From Minisyncoccota bacterium (GTDB lineage Bacteria; Patescibacteriota; Microgenomatia; UBA1400; PJMF01): a stretch of DNA of 64,000 nucleotides. The stretch covers positions 42,074 through 106,073 of the forward strand of contig JAACWQ010000004.1 of assembly GCA_009991965.1 (NCBI GenBank), given 5' to 3'. Both the position numbers and the translations under genes were made by a program. Positions 9,374-21,090 of the stretch are shown one piece after another. How positions within the stretch are numbered: the first letter of the stretch is position 1; every line of letters starts with the position of its first letter. The notes under the pieces were generated by a model. The model saw only the letters and a program-made list of their open reading frames with translations, did no database searches and was not told where the DNA came from.

Positions 9374-11643
9374 GGTTTTGATCGATGTACAAAGAGGCCA
9401 ATCACAACTACCAATAACGTGAGACTTGAAATTCCCAAACCATAGTAAAACATCCGCGGCTCATACCACATCTGCACCCTATTCGTGCCCTGCTCAACTG
9501 GCAGCAAGCGCATGCCGTTGTGATTACTTATTTTCACCGAGTGGCCATTAACCGTCGCTCGCCAATCTTTGTCGTAGCGGTCAGCGATGATCATTTTGCT
9601 GGTCTCACTTGCGGTGGCTACAAAGCGTATTTGATTCGGTGTTTCAAGTAAATCCTTGACGTACACAAATCCTGTCTCTGCTGTACGAAATCTTGGCTGA
9701 GCTGGCAATTGATAGAGCATAAGATTTTCAGTTTCTGCCACTATCTGCTCTGGCATCATCGCCCCATAGAGCGGAAACCAAGTGTCGCGAACATAGTAAC
9801 CAACAGACCATTCGGATAATGCTTCGTTTATCACCGCAATTTCTGGCAAATTGTTAATGCTCGTTTCAGCAGAATTTGCCGCACCAAACCGCTCCTGCAC
9901 GTCGAGTGGCAATAACGTGGTGTACCCATTAATGACAGGGACACCGAAGACCATATTCCAATCTGGTGTTGCGCCCGAACGCATGCGTTGCAGATGTGAA
10001 TAGTTGTTCGATTCTTCCGCATCAATATATGAATCAGAAAACGGCTGACGCACTGCGAGCGCATCCCAGTACGCACCAAAATCTGTGTACGGCGTGTTGT
10101 AGTTACGTGTCAATACTCGATATTGAGTCAAGTCCTGTGCTTGCATGAGCGAAGTGATTTCGTTATGCGTGGAATCTATTGAGTAGATCTCTCTCGGAGC
10201 AAAGAAAAATAAATGAGCAGTGTTGAAAATAAGATCAAATGCAATACAAATCAGCAAAAGTTTATATTTTTTTTGCAGCCAAAAAAACAGAGACGCTACC
10301 AACACCGCACTTGTAATAATAAATGACCTTAGTATGTTTGAAAGCAGTAAAAAATCTCTTGCAAGTGTATGAAACGGGCTGAGAGATAATCTGCCAGAAA
10401 GTATTTGGTCTGCCTTGTGCCAAATTGGTGAAAATCCTGATTGCATCACAAGCCAACCAATGCCGGAAAGCACAGCGAGCACTGACACCGACCAAAGCAC
10501 ATACCGCCAGCGGAGTGATTTTTTTGGTTTACATTGATCAAAACTCCAACCGATCAACAGTGCACCCGAAAACGCGGTTAACTGTAAGATTCCACTTGCA
10601 CCTCTCGAAGCACCAAGCAGCGGAATTTTGCTCAAGAACGAAAACCATGGCAATGCATCGCCAAATGCAAACAGCAGCGAAGCAACAGCCACCATCCAAA
10701 GCGTACGGATAAAAAGCGGAGCTCTCCTGAGATTCCGTAAACTAAAACCAAGCAAGAGCAGTCCAAACCAACCAAAGTACACTACAATATTTGGCTGAGC
10801 ATTCCATAGCAAACCCCATTTTATGCCTATAATTGGGTTATAGAAAAACGTTGGGAGTATCACATGTATTAGTTCACCAATTGAGAGCGACCCTGCTGCC
10901 GCTTGGTCAAGCGACTGTACAACTCGCGTAGAATTCGCCAGTGTCGGTAAAAAGGGCAACCAAACGATTGCACTCGCACCAACAGCAATAATGCCCGCTA
11001 GCAACCAAGTTCGAATAAACTTTGTCTCCCACCGCCACGACAGACTGAGAATGAAACTAAACGTCACGGCGTACAAAACATACTGTGGGTATCCTCCGAG
11101 TAATTGCAGTGCAACCAATAAACCAAGAAATATTGCAGAACGAATAGTATGGCGCTTTGCAACCCCAGCCCAGACTATCCATGGCAAAAAACTCAATGAT
11201 TGCAGCGTTGCAATATTATTAATTGAACCGGCAATTTGTGGCGAACACGACCACAAGATAGCAACAAGGTAGGAAGCAGTTTTGGAAAAAGCCAATCTTC
11301 GAGCCAAAAAGTACGCACCTGCAAAAGTAAGCAACACCTGTGCCAAAACTGTCATATTAAGCGCAGTTGCAGGTGAAAACACAAGAAATAATAATGTTGA
11401 TGGATACAGCATTGATTGGTTGATATCACCAATCCAACTAATACCAGCAAATAGCAACGGGTTCCAGAGTGGCAAGATACCTTGACGCAACCAAGTGATA
11501 GTAAATAGCTTTCCCGGTACCATCAACGAGAAGTTGTCGCCAAAAAAAATTGTCTTGTCGAAAAAAAACTGCCAAAAACGTGTAGACGCGAGAAAAAGGC
11601 CAGCGAGCCAAACGTGCAAAATTTGTTTGGAATTCGCCTGCAT
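9370..11643 (-). CDS. YfhO-like multi-pass membrane protein (GT-C type)
   Basis: PLWNPLLFAG motif, many TM segments, C-terminal DWRATVNG..RVQMWYEP. Confidence 0.8.
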   Translation of the reverse strand: MQANSKQILHVWLAGLFLASTRFWQFFFDKTIFFGDNFSLMVPGKLFTITWLRQGILPLWNPLLFAGISWIGDINQSMLYPSTLLFLVFSPATALNMTVLAQVLLTFAGAYFLARRLAFSKTASYLVAILWSCSPQIAGSINNIATLQSLSFLPWIVWAGVAKRHTIRSAIFLGLLVALQLLGGYPQYVLYAVTFSFILSLSWRWETKFIRTWLLAGIIAVGASAIVWLPFLPTLANSTRVVQSLDQAAAGSLSIGELIHVILPTFFYNPIIGIKWGLLWNAQPNIVVYFGWFGLLLLGFSLRNLRRAPLFIRTLWMVAVASLLFAFGDALPWFSFLSKIPLLGASRGASGILQLTAFSGALLIGWSFDQCKPKKSLRWRYVLWSVSVLAVLSGIGWLVMQSGFSPIWHKADQILSGRLSLSPFHTLARDFLLLSNILRSFIITSAVLVASLFFWLQKKYKLLLICIAFDLIFNTAHLFFFAPREIYSIDSTHNEITSLMQAQDLTQYRVLTRNYNTPYTDFGAYWDALAVRQPFSDSYIDAEESNNYSHLQRMRSGATPDWNMVFGVPVINGYTTLLPLDVQERFGAANSAETSINNLPEIAVINEALSEWSVGYYVRDTWFPLYGAMMPEQIVAETENLMLYQLPAQPRFRTAETGFVYVKDLLETPNQIRFVATASETSKMIIADRYDKDWRATVNGHSVKISNHNGMRLLPVEQGTNRVQMWYEPRMFYYGLGISSLTLLVVVIGLFVHRSKP

Positions 11644-11645
11644 GA

Positions 11646-12350
11646 CTACTGGTTACTCAGCCGCAAACCAATAATCGTCCGCACCGCCGAAATGCCATCT
11701 CGCCAAGTGATTTTTTTACCTTCAGAAAAATCTCTGCCAATATAACTAATGGGAACTTCAAAAATTTTGTAACCTCGTTTGAGCAACTTACAAGTTATTT
11801 CTGGCTCTATGTCAAAAGCATTACTTGCTAAATTAAGATCCCGCAAAACTTCTGTTGGCACAACTTTGTAGCAGGTTTCCATATCGGAAAGTGTTGTGTT
11901 GAACAAAATATTTACCAAAAAGTTTAGTGCTGAGTTCCCCACTCGGTGCCAAAAAAGCAAGTTGAGGTGTGGGCCCAAAAACCGTGAACCGTACACGATA
12001 TCAACTCTCCCTCGCTTGATCGGCTCGAGTAATGCTGGGATATCTTCCGGGTCGTATTCAAGGTCAGCGTCCTGAATTAACACAAACTTTCCCGTCACAT
12101 GCTCGAGACCAAAACGAATTGCACTCCCTTTACCGCCATTTTCTTTGCGAAATATTTTCAGTTTGGGGTGCTTCAGTTGTGCAAGAATTTGTGGGGTGCT
12201 ATCGGTCGAACCATCGTCGACCACGATCACCTCGGTAACTTCCGAAACGCTCAAGAGCTTCTGCAGCACTTCCTTGAGCGTCTGTTCTTCGTTATAAATC
12301 GGGACGAGGACTGAGAGTTTGAGAGCGCGTTTCATACGCCTATCATACAT
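11646..12350 (-). CDS. GT2 polyprenol-phosphate glycosyltransferase
   Basis: VPIYNE, VDDGSTD, QDADLEYDP, GSRF. Confidence 0.92.
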   Translation of the reverse strand: MYDRRMKRALKLSVLVPIYNEEQTLKEVLQKLLSVSEVTEVIVVDDGSTDSTPQILAQLKHPKLKIFRKENGGKGSAIRFGLEHVTGKFVLIQDADLEYDPEDIPALLEPIKRGRVDIVYGSRFLGPHLNLLFWHRVGNSALNFLVNILFNTTLSDMETCYKVVPTEVLRDLNLASNAFDIEPEITCKLLKRGYKIFEVPISYIGRDFSEGKKITWRDGISAVRTIIGLRLSNQ

Positions 12351-14299
12351 TACTCTTTGATAACTTCGCCCTCTTCGGCGTCCTTGCTCGGCTCTTCCTC
12401 CTTGGCGTCTTTTCCGTCGTCAGGCTTTTTGTCGTCTTCGGCTGCCGCTTCTGGATTTGGCGCTGCTTCAGCTTGTGCTTTCTGCATTACTTCACCAATT
12501 TTTTGAGCAGAAGCAAAGGTAGCTTCGACAGCTTTGTCCAACTCCTCTTTGGTGGCATCATCTTTTGCTGCCAATTCTTTGAGTTGCTTGACATTGGTTT
12601 CGATTGACTCTTTGTCTTTGGCCTCGAGCTTGTCGCCGTACTCTTTGAGTTGTTTCTCTATTTCGAAAGAAACACTGGTGGCTTGATTGCGCGCCTCGAC
12701 CAACTCCTTTTTCTGTTTGTCTTCGTCGGCGTGCAGCTCTGCATCTGCCTTCATTTTTTCGACTTCTTCCTCAGAAAGGTTGGTAGAGTTTTGAATCGTA
12801 ATCTTTTGTTCTTTACTCGTGTTCTTGTCTTTCGCCGTGACGTGCAAGATACCATTGGAATCTATATCAAAGGTGACTTCAATCTGTGGCGTACCACGCA
12901 TAGCTGGAGGTATACCATCGAGTACGAAGCGACCAAGTGACTTGTTATCGGTCGCCATTTCACGCTCACCTTGCAAAACATTGATCTCTACCTGAGTTTG
13001 ATTATCTGCCGCGGTAGAAAAGACCTGTGACTTGCTCGTTGGAACAGTGGTATTGCGTTCGATCAGGGGAGTTCTCACTCCGCCGAGGGTTTCGAGTCCC
13101 AAAGTCAGTGGAGTAACATCGAGCAGTACAACATCCGAGACATCACCACCGATGACACCAGCTTGAATAGCGGCGCCAATTGCGACCACCTCATCTGGAT
13201 TTACTCCCTTATGTGGCTCTTTGCCGAAGAATTTCTTGACTGCTTCGACCACCTTTGGCATACGGGTCATGCCACCAACCAACACGATGTCATTAATATC
13301 TGATGGTTTGAGCTTGGCGTCTTTAAGCGCCTTCTCGACAGGTACGAAAGAACGTTGAATTAAATCATCAACTAACTCCTCCAATTTTGCTCTTGAGAGA
13401 GTTAACGTAAGATGCAGCGGTTGTCCTTCGTCACCCTGGGTAATAAATGGCTGATTAATTTCAGTTGTTTGTGCACTTGAGAGCTCAATCTTTGCTTTCT
13501 CTGCCACGTCCTTGACGCGTTGAAGTGCCTGAGGATCTTTGGTCAAATCTTTGCCAAATTCTTTTTTGAACTCTGCGACAATCCACTCGATAATTACGTG
13601 ATCAAAGTCATCTCCACCTAGGAACGTGTCGCCATTGGTAGACTTCACTTCAAAAACGCCATCACCAATTTCGAGAATGGAAATATCAAAGGTACCGCCA
13701 CCAAGGTCATAGACAGCAATAGTACTTGAGCCTTTTTTGTCGAGACCGTATGCCAGTGCTGCTGCAGTTGGTTCATTGACAATACGCTCGACAGTCAGGC
13801 CAGCGATTTCTCCTGCTTGTTTGGTAGCTTGGCGTTGAGAGTCATCGAAGTATGCAGGAACAGTAATAACTGCTCTTGAAACAGTAGTGCCCAAGTAGCT
13901 TTCTGCGTCAGCTTTCGCTTTGGATAAAATCTTGGCGGAAATTTCTTGTGGCGTGTAAGACTTGTTGTCAATTTTGACGACAGCCATGCCCTCTTTTCCC
14001 TCTTCAATGGTGTACGAAACATGCTTGATTGCTTCTTTGACAGCCGCATCTTTGAGTTTGCGACCCATAAAACGCTTAACTGAATTGACCGTTTTAGTAG
14101 GATTCAGCACCATCTGGCGCTTGGCAATGTCTCCGACTGTTACATCTGAACCCTTGAACGAAACAATCGAAGGAAACGTATTGCGACCCTCGGCTGTTGG
14201 AATGATTTTTGCAGTTCCACCTTCCATCACCGCAACGGCTGAGTTGGTGGTTCCAAGATCAATTCCAATGATTTTTCCGGTTTGTTTTGTATCTGACAT
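12350..14299 (-). CDS. dnaK: Chaperone DnaK
   Basis: [24 protein letters not shown]. Confidence 0.98.
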   Translation of the reverse strand: MSDTKQTGKIIGIDLGTTNSAVAVMEGGTAKIIPTAEGRNTFPSIVSFKGSDVTVGDIAKRQMVLNPTKTVNSVKRFMGRKLKDAAVKEAIKHVSYTIEEGKEGMAVVKIDNKSYTPQEISAKILSKAKADAESYLGTTVSRAVITVPAYFDDSQRQATKQAGEIAGLTVERIVNEPTAAALAYGLDKKGSSTIAVYDLGGGTFDISILEIGDGVFEVKSTNGDTFLGGDDFDHVIIEWIVAEFKKEFGKDLTKDPQALQRVKDVAEKAKIELSSAQTTEINQPFITQGDEGQPLHLTLTLSRAKLEELVDDLIQRSFVPVEKALKDAKLKPSDINDIVLVGGMTRMPKVVEAVKKFFGKEPHKGVNPDEVVAIGAAIQAGVIGGDVSDVVLLDVTPLTLGLETLGGVRTPLIERNTTVPTSKSQVFSTAADNQTQVEINVLQGEREMATDNKSLGRFVLDGIPPAMRGTPQIEVTFDIDSNGILHVTAKDKNTSKEQKITIQNSTNLSEEEVEKMKADAELHADEDKQKKELVEARNQATSVSFEIEKQLKEYGDKLEAKDKESIETNVKQLKELAAKDDATKEELDKAVEATFASAQKIGEVMQKAQAEAAPNPEAAAEDDKKPDDGKDAKEEEPSKDAEEGEVIKE

Positions 14300-14357
14300 A
14301 GTCCCTTTCTATCTGGTTTATATCTTTTTTTATATTGTGCGAATAGAATATCACGAA

Positions 14358-14384
14358 TTAGCAGTCATGTAAAGAGACTGCCAA
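14358..14384. promoter_or_regulatory. CIRCE-like HrcA operator before dnaK
   Basis: TTAGCAGTC-N9-GACTGCCAA. Confidence 0.8.
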
Positions 14385-14387
14385 TTA

Positions 14388-14846
14388 TCAACCTACAACT
14401 ACCTTTGCGTGCTGCAAAATTTCTCCATTGAGCGTGAAGCCTGGTCGCACTACAGTTGTCGCTACTGGCGTAGTAATGTCAGGTGAAATTGCCTCAACTG
14501 CTTCCATTGTGGCGGCATCAAACGGTTTGCCGATGACTTCGATTTGCTCCAAACCATGCGCTTGCAGAGTTTTCCAAAGTTGGTCGATCACCATCTGCAA
14601 ACCTGGGTCTGCCAATTGCTCACTCGCCAGAGACAAGTGTGCCAATGGATCGAGTAGGTCCGTCAGTAAGTGCTTTGTTGCAAGCTTGCTGTGCTGCAAC
14701 TTTTCTTCTCTGGTCCTGCGAACAATATTTTGATAATCGGCTTGTAAACGTCGTTCTCGCTCGACTAGTTCTGCAACCTGTGCTTCCAACTCCGCAACTT
14801 CTGGTACTGCAATTTTTTCAACTGGTGGCGTATTTTTTTTACTCAT
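14388..14846 (-). CDS. grpE: Nucleotide exchange factor GrpE
   Basis: RLQADYQN..GKPFD..RPGF..LQHAKVVV; lies between hrcA and dnaK. Confidence 0.93.
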   Translation of the reverse strand: MSKKNTPPVEKIAVPEVAELEAQVAELVERERRLQADYQNIVRRTREEKLQHSKLATKHLLTDLLDPLAHLSLASEQLADPGLQMVIDQLWKTLQAHGLEQIEVIGKPFDAATMEAVEAISPDITTPVATTVVRPGFTLNGEILQHAKVVVG

Positions 14847-14852
14847 ATGTGG

Positions 14853-15575
14853 TTACTCAACTATATCCTGAATCAGGGTACGCATATACTTCATCATCGG
14901 AATTATGTACGGGTAGTCAAATCGACTCGAGCCAATAACCGCTAATTCGCACTGCACCTCACCAACTTTAAACGACGTGTGAATCACTCCAAGAGACACA
15001 AGGTTTCGGTTGCCCAGTTCTGGACCATAAACGACTTGAATAATATTGTCGCTCGTATTGGTCGCAAAAATTTCACTCAAAAGCGAAACTTCTTCGATCA
15101 ACTGCAAAACAGTACGCATGACTTTGATGTCATAAAACTCAGGCATCTGCAGTAAGTTGGCATAACCGGAGTGATAGAGCTTATGCTTATCAAGCATCGC
15201 GAGACCAAGGGCGTGCGATTTATCTGCCAGAACTCGAGTAATCTGTGAAAAAACTTCATCGATTTCCTTGCGGGAGTCCCAGACTTTTTCCTTGGCTGCA
15301 ACTTCATCGGCCACGGTCAATTCTTTCTCACGCATCAATTCATTGACGTATAACTTAAGCGCAACTGGAGTCGGGATACGACCAGCGCTCGAGTGACCTT
15401 TTTTTAGATACCCTTGTTTGGTGAGTTGCACCATTTCATTGCGAATGGTGGCAGGCGAAACGCCAATCGAAAACTTTCGATCAATCGTGTCTGAACCAAC
15501 TGGTTCGGCCGTCTCAATAAAATCTTGAATCACGGCGCGCAAAATTTGGATTTGTCTGGCTGTGAGGTCAATCAT
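14853..15575 (-). CDS. hrcA: Heat-inducible repressor HrcA (short form)
   Basis: EPVGS, VSPATIRNEM, HSSAGRIPT. Confidence 0.93.
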   Translation of the reverse strand: MIDLTARQIQILRAVIQDFIETAEPVGSDTIDRKFSIGVSPATIRNEMVQLTKQGYLKKGHSSAGRIPTPVALKLYVNELMREKELTVADEVAAKEKVWDSRKEIDEVFSQITRVLADKSHALGLAMLDKHKLYHSGYANLLQMPEFYDIKVMRTVLQLIEEVSLLSEIFATNTSDNIIQVVYGPELGNRNLVSLGVIHTSFKVGEVQCELAVIGSSRFDYPYIIPMMKYMRTLIQDIVE

Positions 15576-15593
15576 ACGTATATATTTTCGTGC

Positions 15594-15620
15594 TTAGCAG
15601 AAGACTTGAGTTACTGCTAA
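15594..15620. promoter_or_regulatory. CIRCE-like HrcA operator before hrcA
   Basis: TTAGCAGAA-N9-TACTGCTAA. Confidence 0.75.
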
Positions 15621-15674
15621 TAATAACTACAGAGTGATAGAATGTCAATCAATATCCTGCTAGGATAAACTCAA

Positions 15675-17087
15675 ATGAAACGACAGAAAAAAGTTCGAGC
15701 ACATCTGTTTGCAACTGGAGTAGTGTTGCTACTTTTGTTGACTGCGACAATTCTCGGCGCGACCCAAATCCGCATTGTACGAGAACTCTTCACTTTTGCC
15801 AATAATCCACAACCGGCTGATATTGTTATTGATACCGAAGGAATCCTGGGTCCCCTCCCACGACCGTGGCGTAATCTGGCACAAGGCGGTGAAGAAGCAA
15901 GCTGGCAACTGGAACCAGTCGCTGTGCAAGTCAAACAACTACATCCAGACTACATTCGTATCGACCATATTTTTGATTTTTACGAAATTGTCCAAGGTTC
16001 TCCGGGCAATCTCACGTTTGATTTTTCTCAGTTCGACAAAATCCTCGATGGCATCGCTACCACTGGCGCCAAACCGTATATTGCGCTTTCGTATCTGCCA
16101 CCTGCTTTGGGAGGCAGCGACATCGTTTCAAGTCCTGAGCGCTATGAAGATTGGCAGTTGGTCGTGCAGAAAACAATCGAACACGTCTCTGGCACCAGAG
16201 GATTGAGAGATGTTTATTACGAAGTCTGGAATGAACCAGATTTGTTTGGCGATTGGAAATATTACGGAGACAAAAATTATCTCAACTTATATGGTGCGGC
16301 AGCTCGGGGAGCACAACAAGCTCGAGGCGTACAGCCATTTAAAATTGGCGGTCCAGCCACCACAGGATTTTATAAATCTTGGTTTGATGCCCTGGCAAAA
16401 TACACGAGTGAAAATAATTTGCGGCTCGATTTTATTTCTTGGCATCGCTATGACTCAGATGTTGAACAATTCAGAGAAGATATCATAGATATCCGCACTT
16501 GGGCAGAAAAGTATCCGCAACTAGCGCCAACTCTAGAATTTCACATCACCGAGTGGGGTCATGATAGTGAAAACAACCCCGGGTATGACAACAACTATGG
16601 CGCTGCACACACCGTTGCCGCTGCGATAGAAATGGTTGGTGTTGTCGAACGGGCCTTTGTATTTGAGATTCAGGATGGCAAAGATCCAGAGGGCAAAGAA
16701 CATTGGGGTCGATGGGGACTACTTACGCACAAAGATTTTGGCTCTAAACCAAAACCACGTTACCACGCACTGAAAATGCTTGATTCTCTCGGAGAGCAAC
16801 GTGTGCAACTACTCGGCAAAGGGACCTATGTAAAAGCGCTCGCGAGCAAATCTATCGAGGGTGTGTATGGCGTCGTCATAGCAAATTTTGACGAAACAGG
16901 CAAAAATGCTGAGAGTGTTCCAGTGGCTTTTCAAAATCTTACTCCAGGAAATTACACACTCAAAAAAGAGTATCTGAGTAAATCAGGCACAACGGAAACA
17001 GTTGCCGTCGGCATAGAACCACTACAAATTATTGTTCCGCTCGGGCCATACGATGTGGCAAAAATTACGCTGACTCAGGTTAATTGA
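15675..17087 (+). CDS. GH39-like glycoside hydrolase, membrane anchored
   Basis: N-terminal TM, YEVWNEPD, ITEWG. Confidence 0.8.
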   Translation: MKRQKKVRAHLFATGVVLLLLLTATILGATQIRIVRELFTFANNPQPADIVIDTEGILGPLPRPWRNLAQGGEEASWQLEPVAVQVKQLHPDYIRIDHIFDFYEIVQGSPGNLTFDFSQFDKILDGIATTGAKPYIALSYLPPALGGSDIVSSPERYEDWQLVVQKTIEHVSGTRGLRDVYYEVWNEPDLFGDWKYYGDKNYLNLYGAAARGAQQARGVQPFKIGGPATTGFYKSWFDALAKYTSENNLRLDFISWHRYDSDVEQFREDIIDIRTWAEKYPQLAPTLEFHITEWGHDSENNPGYDNNYGAAHTVAAAIEMVGVVERAFVFEIQDGKDPEGKEHWGRWGLLTHKDFGSKPKPRYHALKMLDSLGEQRVQLLGKGTYVKALASKSIEGVYGVVIANFDETGKNAESVPVAFQNLTPGNYTLKKEYLSKSGTTETVAVGIEPLQIIVPLGPYDVAKITLTQVN

Positions 17088-18178
17088 GCAATAAACTCTG
17101 TAATTTTTTTCTTAAACTGTGCAAGTGAAAACTGCTGACTATGTTTGTAAAGTTCTAGAGGTGAAAAGCTACTTTTCTCCGCCTGTTGCATTGCCTGCCA
17201 AAGTCCTGCGGCAGAAAGTTCGCTAAAAAGTACCCCTGTTCTCCCAGGCAAAACTGTCTCTCTAGGACCACCAGAGTCATGTGCTATTACGGGTACGCCG
17301 TGCGCCATAGCTTCAACTGGAACTATGCCAAAGTCTTCATCTTCGACTGGGTACAACAGTGCCTTCGCTCCCGCATACAACTCATTCAGTTTTTCATCAC
17401 TGACTGCCCCGCAAAACTCGATGCTAGATCCCGCCATCGCTTGCAAACCTGCTAGCATCTTACCCGACCCGACTACTTTGAGCGGTAAGTTCTGCTCCGT
17501 ACATACTTGCACTGCAAGCTCTGGATGCTTCGCCAGCGCCAAGCGATTGACATAGAGATAGTACGAGCGATCATTTGCCAACGGAGGTTGAGCGGGAATG
17601 TGGACCGGTGGGTAAATAATGATTGAGTCTCGACGATAAAACTTAGTGATTCTGCGCGCAGTTTCCCAAGAGTTTGCGATAAAGAAATCGACTTTTTGTG
17701 CCACGTAGTAATCGACCACGCGCAAATAATGATTGATCAGCGTACCAAATACTCGCGTGATCGGATTTGCTCGCCAATTACTCATGGTGGTGTAGCCATA
17801 CAACGAGCGCGCGGGCGTGTGACAGTAACAAACGTGTTTGCCATTTGGGACGATAACCGCTTTGGCAAAATAAGCGTTTGACGAGGAAATAACCAGATCA
17901 AATTCTGAAAGATCCAGCGCTTTGAAGTAATTTGGCGCCCAAATACGTAGCGGTGAAAACAACAATGTATAGCCGGGAATCTTTGTTAGCCAAGTCGTGC
18001 GAATATCCCAATCGACAAATCGTTGCCAATGTAAACCTAATTGCTTCTGATCTACGAAAGCAGTAAATACTGGCGCCTCAGGATAGAGCTCGTGCAGCGA
18101 TTCCAAAACGCGCTCTGCACCACCGTATTCTCGCAGGTAATCGTGAACTAAGGCAACTTTTTGCTGTTTTTTTTGCAT
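17075..18178 (-). CDS. GT4 glycosyltransferase
   Basis: GGAERV, EDFGIVPVEAMAHG. Confidence 0.92.
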   Translation of the reverse strand: MQKKQQKVALVHDYLREYGGAERVLESLHELYPEAPVFTAFVDQKQLGLHWQRFVDWDIRTTWLTKIPGYTLLFSPLRIWAPNYFKALDLSEFDLVISSSNAYFAKAVIVPNGKHVCYCHTPARSLYGYTTMSNWRANPITRVFGTLINHYLRVVDYYVAQKVDFFIANSWETARRITKFYRRDSIIIYPPVHIPAQPPLANDRSYYLYVNRLALAKHPELAVQVCTEQNLPLKVVGSGKMLAGLQAMAGSSIEFCGAVSDEKLNELYAGAKALLYPVEDEDFGIVPVEAMAHGVPVIAHDSGGPRETVLPGRTGVLFSELSAAGLWQAMQQAEKSSFSPLELYKHSQQFSLAQFKKKITEFIAQLT

Positions 18179-18179
18179 G

Positions 18180-19121
18180 TTAAAAGAGCGCTTTCTGAAC
18201 GGAAAGTTCGAATGCATCTTTGGGCAGCAATCGTTTGAGTGAGGTAAATTTCAATTTTTCAAAAAACTCACTGGCAGCTTCCTTATTGTAGTGAGAAACT
18301 CTGCACGGCTCGAGCGCAAAATCGATTGGGATAGCTCGATCAATTGTGGCGAGTTGCTGGCTCAAAAATGCCATCTCTCGATCTTCGAGCATTTTCTTGA
18401 GGGTTGATCCGACTAGAACTTCGCCGGCAACAGGAGGTTCTCCGGCGACAAGCTCGTCTACTCGTTGGTAAATGCCCTCGAGCGATTTGTGTCGCTCAAG
18501 TAACTTGCGCGCAGTCTTCGGGCCGACACCTTTGACACCAGGGATATTATCTGACGCATCTCCCATCAAGGCTTTCAAATCTATAATTTGCGAAACAGGC
18601 ACGCCCATTTTTTTCTGGACTTCTTCCGCATCGTACTCTGTATCGAGAGATCCCCTGCCTCTGCCAGGCAACCAAGCGTGGGTTTGCTCACTCACGAGCT
18701 GGAACATATCTTTGTCGCCGGTGACGATAATAGAGCGAACATCCGCATGCTCTTTCTCTACTTGCTGCGTAATCGTACCGAGTAAATCATCTGCTTCGAT
18801 ACCAGATTGGGAAAACTGTGGGATGTTGAGGGCCGTCACCACCTCTTTGACCAAGGCAATTTGGGGAATTAGATCATCCGGCATTGCAGCTCGATTGGCT
18901 TTATATTCCTTATATTCCTCGGCGCGTTTTGTCTTCCCTTTACTGTCAAAAGTAGCCGCTATATAGGTTGGTTGCAGATCACGAATCGCGGTCAGAACGC
19001 TACGACTGAAGCCGTAAACTGCGTTGACAAGCGTGCCATCTGGTGCGGTAAGATCGGGAAATGCGTGGTACGCACGATAGATCAGTGCGTGACTGTCGAT
19101 CAGGACGAATGTTTTTGACAC
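18180..19121 (-). CDS. Stand-alone 5'-3' exonuclease (PolA N-terminal domain)
   Basis: YRAYHA, NAVYGF, EADD, GDKD, GDASDNIPGVKGVGPKTA. Confidence 0.92.
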   Translation of the reverse strand: MSKTFVLIDSHALIYRAYHAFPDLTAPDGTLVNAVYGFSRSVLTAIRDLQPTYIAATFDSKGKTKRAEEYKEYKANRAAMPDDLIPQIALVKEVVTALNIPQFSQSGIEADDLLGTITQQVEKEHADVRSIIVTGDKDMFQLVSEQTHAWLPGRGRGSLDTEYDAEEVQKKMGVPVSQIIDLKALMGDASDNIPGVKGVGPKTARKLLERHKSLEGIYQRVDELVAGEPPVAGEVLVGSTLKKMLEDREMAFLSQQLATIDRAIPIDFALEPCRVSHYNKEAASEFFEKLKFTSLKRLLPKDAFELSVQKALF

Positions 19122-19128
19122 AAGGTGA

Positions 19129-21051
19129 TTATACCTGAGTTGCAGAGGAGTTAGGCACGGTAGCTTTTATCTGGCCCATCAGTGCAGCGAACTCATCGCC
19201 ATCGAGTGTTTCTTTTTCGAGTAGTTGGAGTGAAACCAAATCGAGCTGCTTGCGATACTTCGTGATAAGCATCATCGCACGTTTTTGACCAGCGGAGATG
19301 AAATCTTGAATAGCTGCATCAACTTTTTCTTGCAGGGCGTCAGAAATTTTCATTGGCTCACCAAATGCACGATTGTAGTTGGACGTTTCAAATTGTGGTG
19401 CAAAATTCATTGCTCCGAGTTCACTCATGCCGTACTCAACAACCATAGCGCGGGCAATTCTGGTCGCTCGATCAATATCACTACTTGCGCCAGCAGTCAG
19501 TTCTTTAAAAACCAGTTGCTCTGCTGCTCGTCCACCAAGTAAAACTGCGATCTCATCGATCAACTCTGATTTTGTCGTTTGCAATTTATCTCGCTCGGGA
19601 GGAGTGAGAGTAAAACCGAGTGCTCGTCCACGTGACACGATTGAAATACGATGCACTGGATCTGCAAAATTTGAGACATGTGCAACTACTGCGTGACCAG
19701 CCTCATGAAAGGCAGTCATTTTACGCTCGATCTCGTCATGCAAACGCTTCTTGCTCGGACCCAACTTTACCTTGAGCGATGCTTCTTCTATGTCATTCAT
19801 GTTGATTTCAGTCTTGTTGGCGCGAGCAATACCAATCGCCGCTTCGTTGAGCATATTTTCGATATCTGCCCCAGAGAAACCAACGGTGCGCTTTGCCACG
19901 CGAGCCCAATTGACATCAGCTGCAAACGGCTTGGATTTGGCATGAATTGAGAGAATATATTTGCGCTCTTCGAGATCTGGGAGGTTAACTGTTACTCTAC
20001 GATCAAACCGACCCGGACGAACAAGTGCGGGATCGAGCATGTCGCCACGGTTAGTCGCGGCCATCACAATCACATTGTCATTTTGGGTAAAACCATCCAT
20101 CTCGACTAGAATTTGATTTAACGTTTGTTCGCGCTCGTCGTGACCACCCATGTTGCCCTGACCACGCATGCGGCCAATGGCGTCAATTTCGTCGATGAAG
20201 ATAATAGACGGCGCAATTTTTTTGGCAGTAGCAAACAGATCTCGTGCGCGTGAAGCACCGACGCCAACCAGCATTTCCATAAACTCACTGCCTGCAATCG
20301 AGAGAAACTGTACATTTGCTTCGCCTGCAACTGCACGTGCGAGCAGTGTTTTACCAGTTCCAGACGGACCAACGAGGAGCACGCCACGAGGGGTGCGTGC
20401 ACCAACCTTATGATATTTTTTGGGATTCTTGAGAAAATCAACAATTTCTTCGAGCTCTTGTTTCGCCTCATCCATACCACCAACGTCTTTGAACTTCGTA
20501 TTCTGCTTGCCTTTGACAAATAGTTTTGCCTTGCTACGACCGATGCCCATCATGCCATCCTGGGCACCGCGCGCTTGGCGGAAAATGAAAAAGAAAAACA
20601 CAAACATCAGGAGGACAGGCAAAATATTGATCGCCAATTCCCATGCCATTTCACCGAATGAAAGATTGGTAACCTCGACATCTGCCTCTGCCAAATCAAT
20701 GCCCGATGCGACGAGAATACTCAAAACTTCTTGATTATCTTCTTTGCGAGAGGTTTTTTCGGCTCCGTCTTTGTAGGTAATTCTGAGCTCATCACCGGCG
20801 ACTTTCACTTCACTTACTTGCTGGTCACGGACGTCTTTGACAAATTGACTCAGGCTAATACTCTTATCTTCGTTTCGGGAAAACAGAGAAATGATGAAAG
20901 GAAGAAATAACAACGCCAGCAATACATATAGTAAGCCGCGACTAAAAAACTGCGAGAGGTTAATCTCCATGCGGAATTGCTTGCCCTCAGGTTTTTTGGC
21001 GGGTGGTGTTTCAGTTGGTTTTTGTGTTTTGGTAGTCTTTGGGGTAGCCAT
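19129..21051 (-). CDS. ftsH: ATP-dependent zinc metalloprotease FtsH
   Basis: 2 [22 protein letters not shown]. Confidence 0.97.
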   Translation of the reverse strand: MATPKTTKTQKPTETPPAKKPEGKQFRMEINLSQFFSRGLLYVLLALLFLPFIISLFSRNEDKSISLSQFVKDVRDQQVSEVKVAGDELRITYKDGAEKTSRKEDNQEVLSILVASGIDLAEADVEVTNLSFGEMAWELAINILPVLLMFVFFFFIFRQARGAQDGMMGIGRSKAKLFVKGKQNTKFKDVGGMDEAKQELEEIVDFLKNPKKYHKVGARTPRGVLLVGPSGTGKTLLARAVAGEANVQFLSIAGSEFMEMLVGVGASRARDLFATAKKIAPSIIFIDEIDAIGRMRGQGNMGGHDEREQTLNQILVEMDGFTQNDNVIVMAATNRGDMLDPALVRPGRFDRRVTVNLPDLEERKYILSIHAKSKPFAADVNWARVAKRTVGFSGADIENMLNEAAIGIARANKTEINMNDIEEASLKVKLGPSKKRLHDEIERKMTAFHEAGHAVVAHVSNFADPVHRISIVSRGRALGFTLTPPERDKLQTTKSELIDEIAVLLGGRAAEQLVFKELTAGASSDIDRATRIARAMVVEYGMSELGAMNFAPQFETSNYNRAFGEPMKISDALQEKVDAAIQDFISAGQKRAMMLITKYRKQLDLVSLQLLEKETLDGDEFAALMGQIKATVPNSSATQV

Positions 21052-21090
21052 AATTCTCCGGATCGAGCTGTATTGTAACACGCAAAAATG

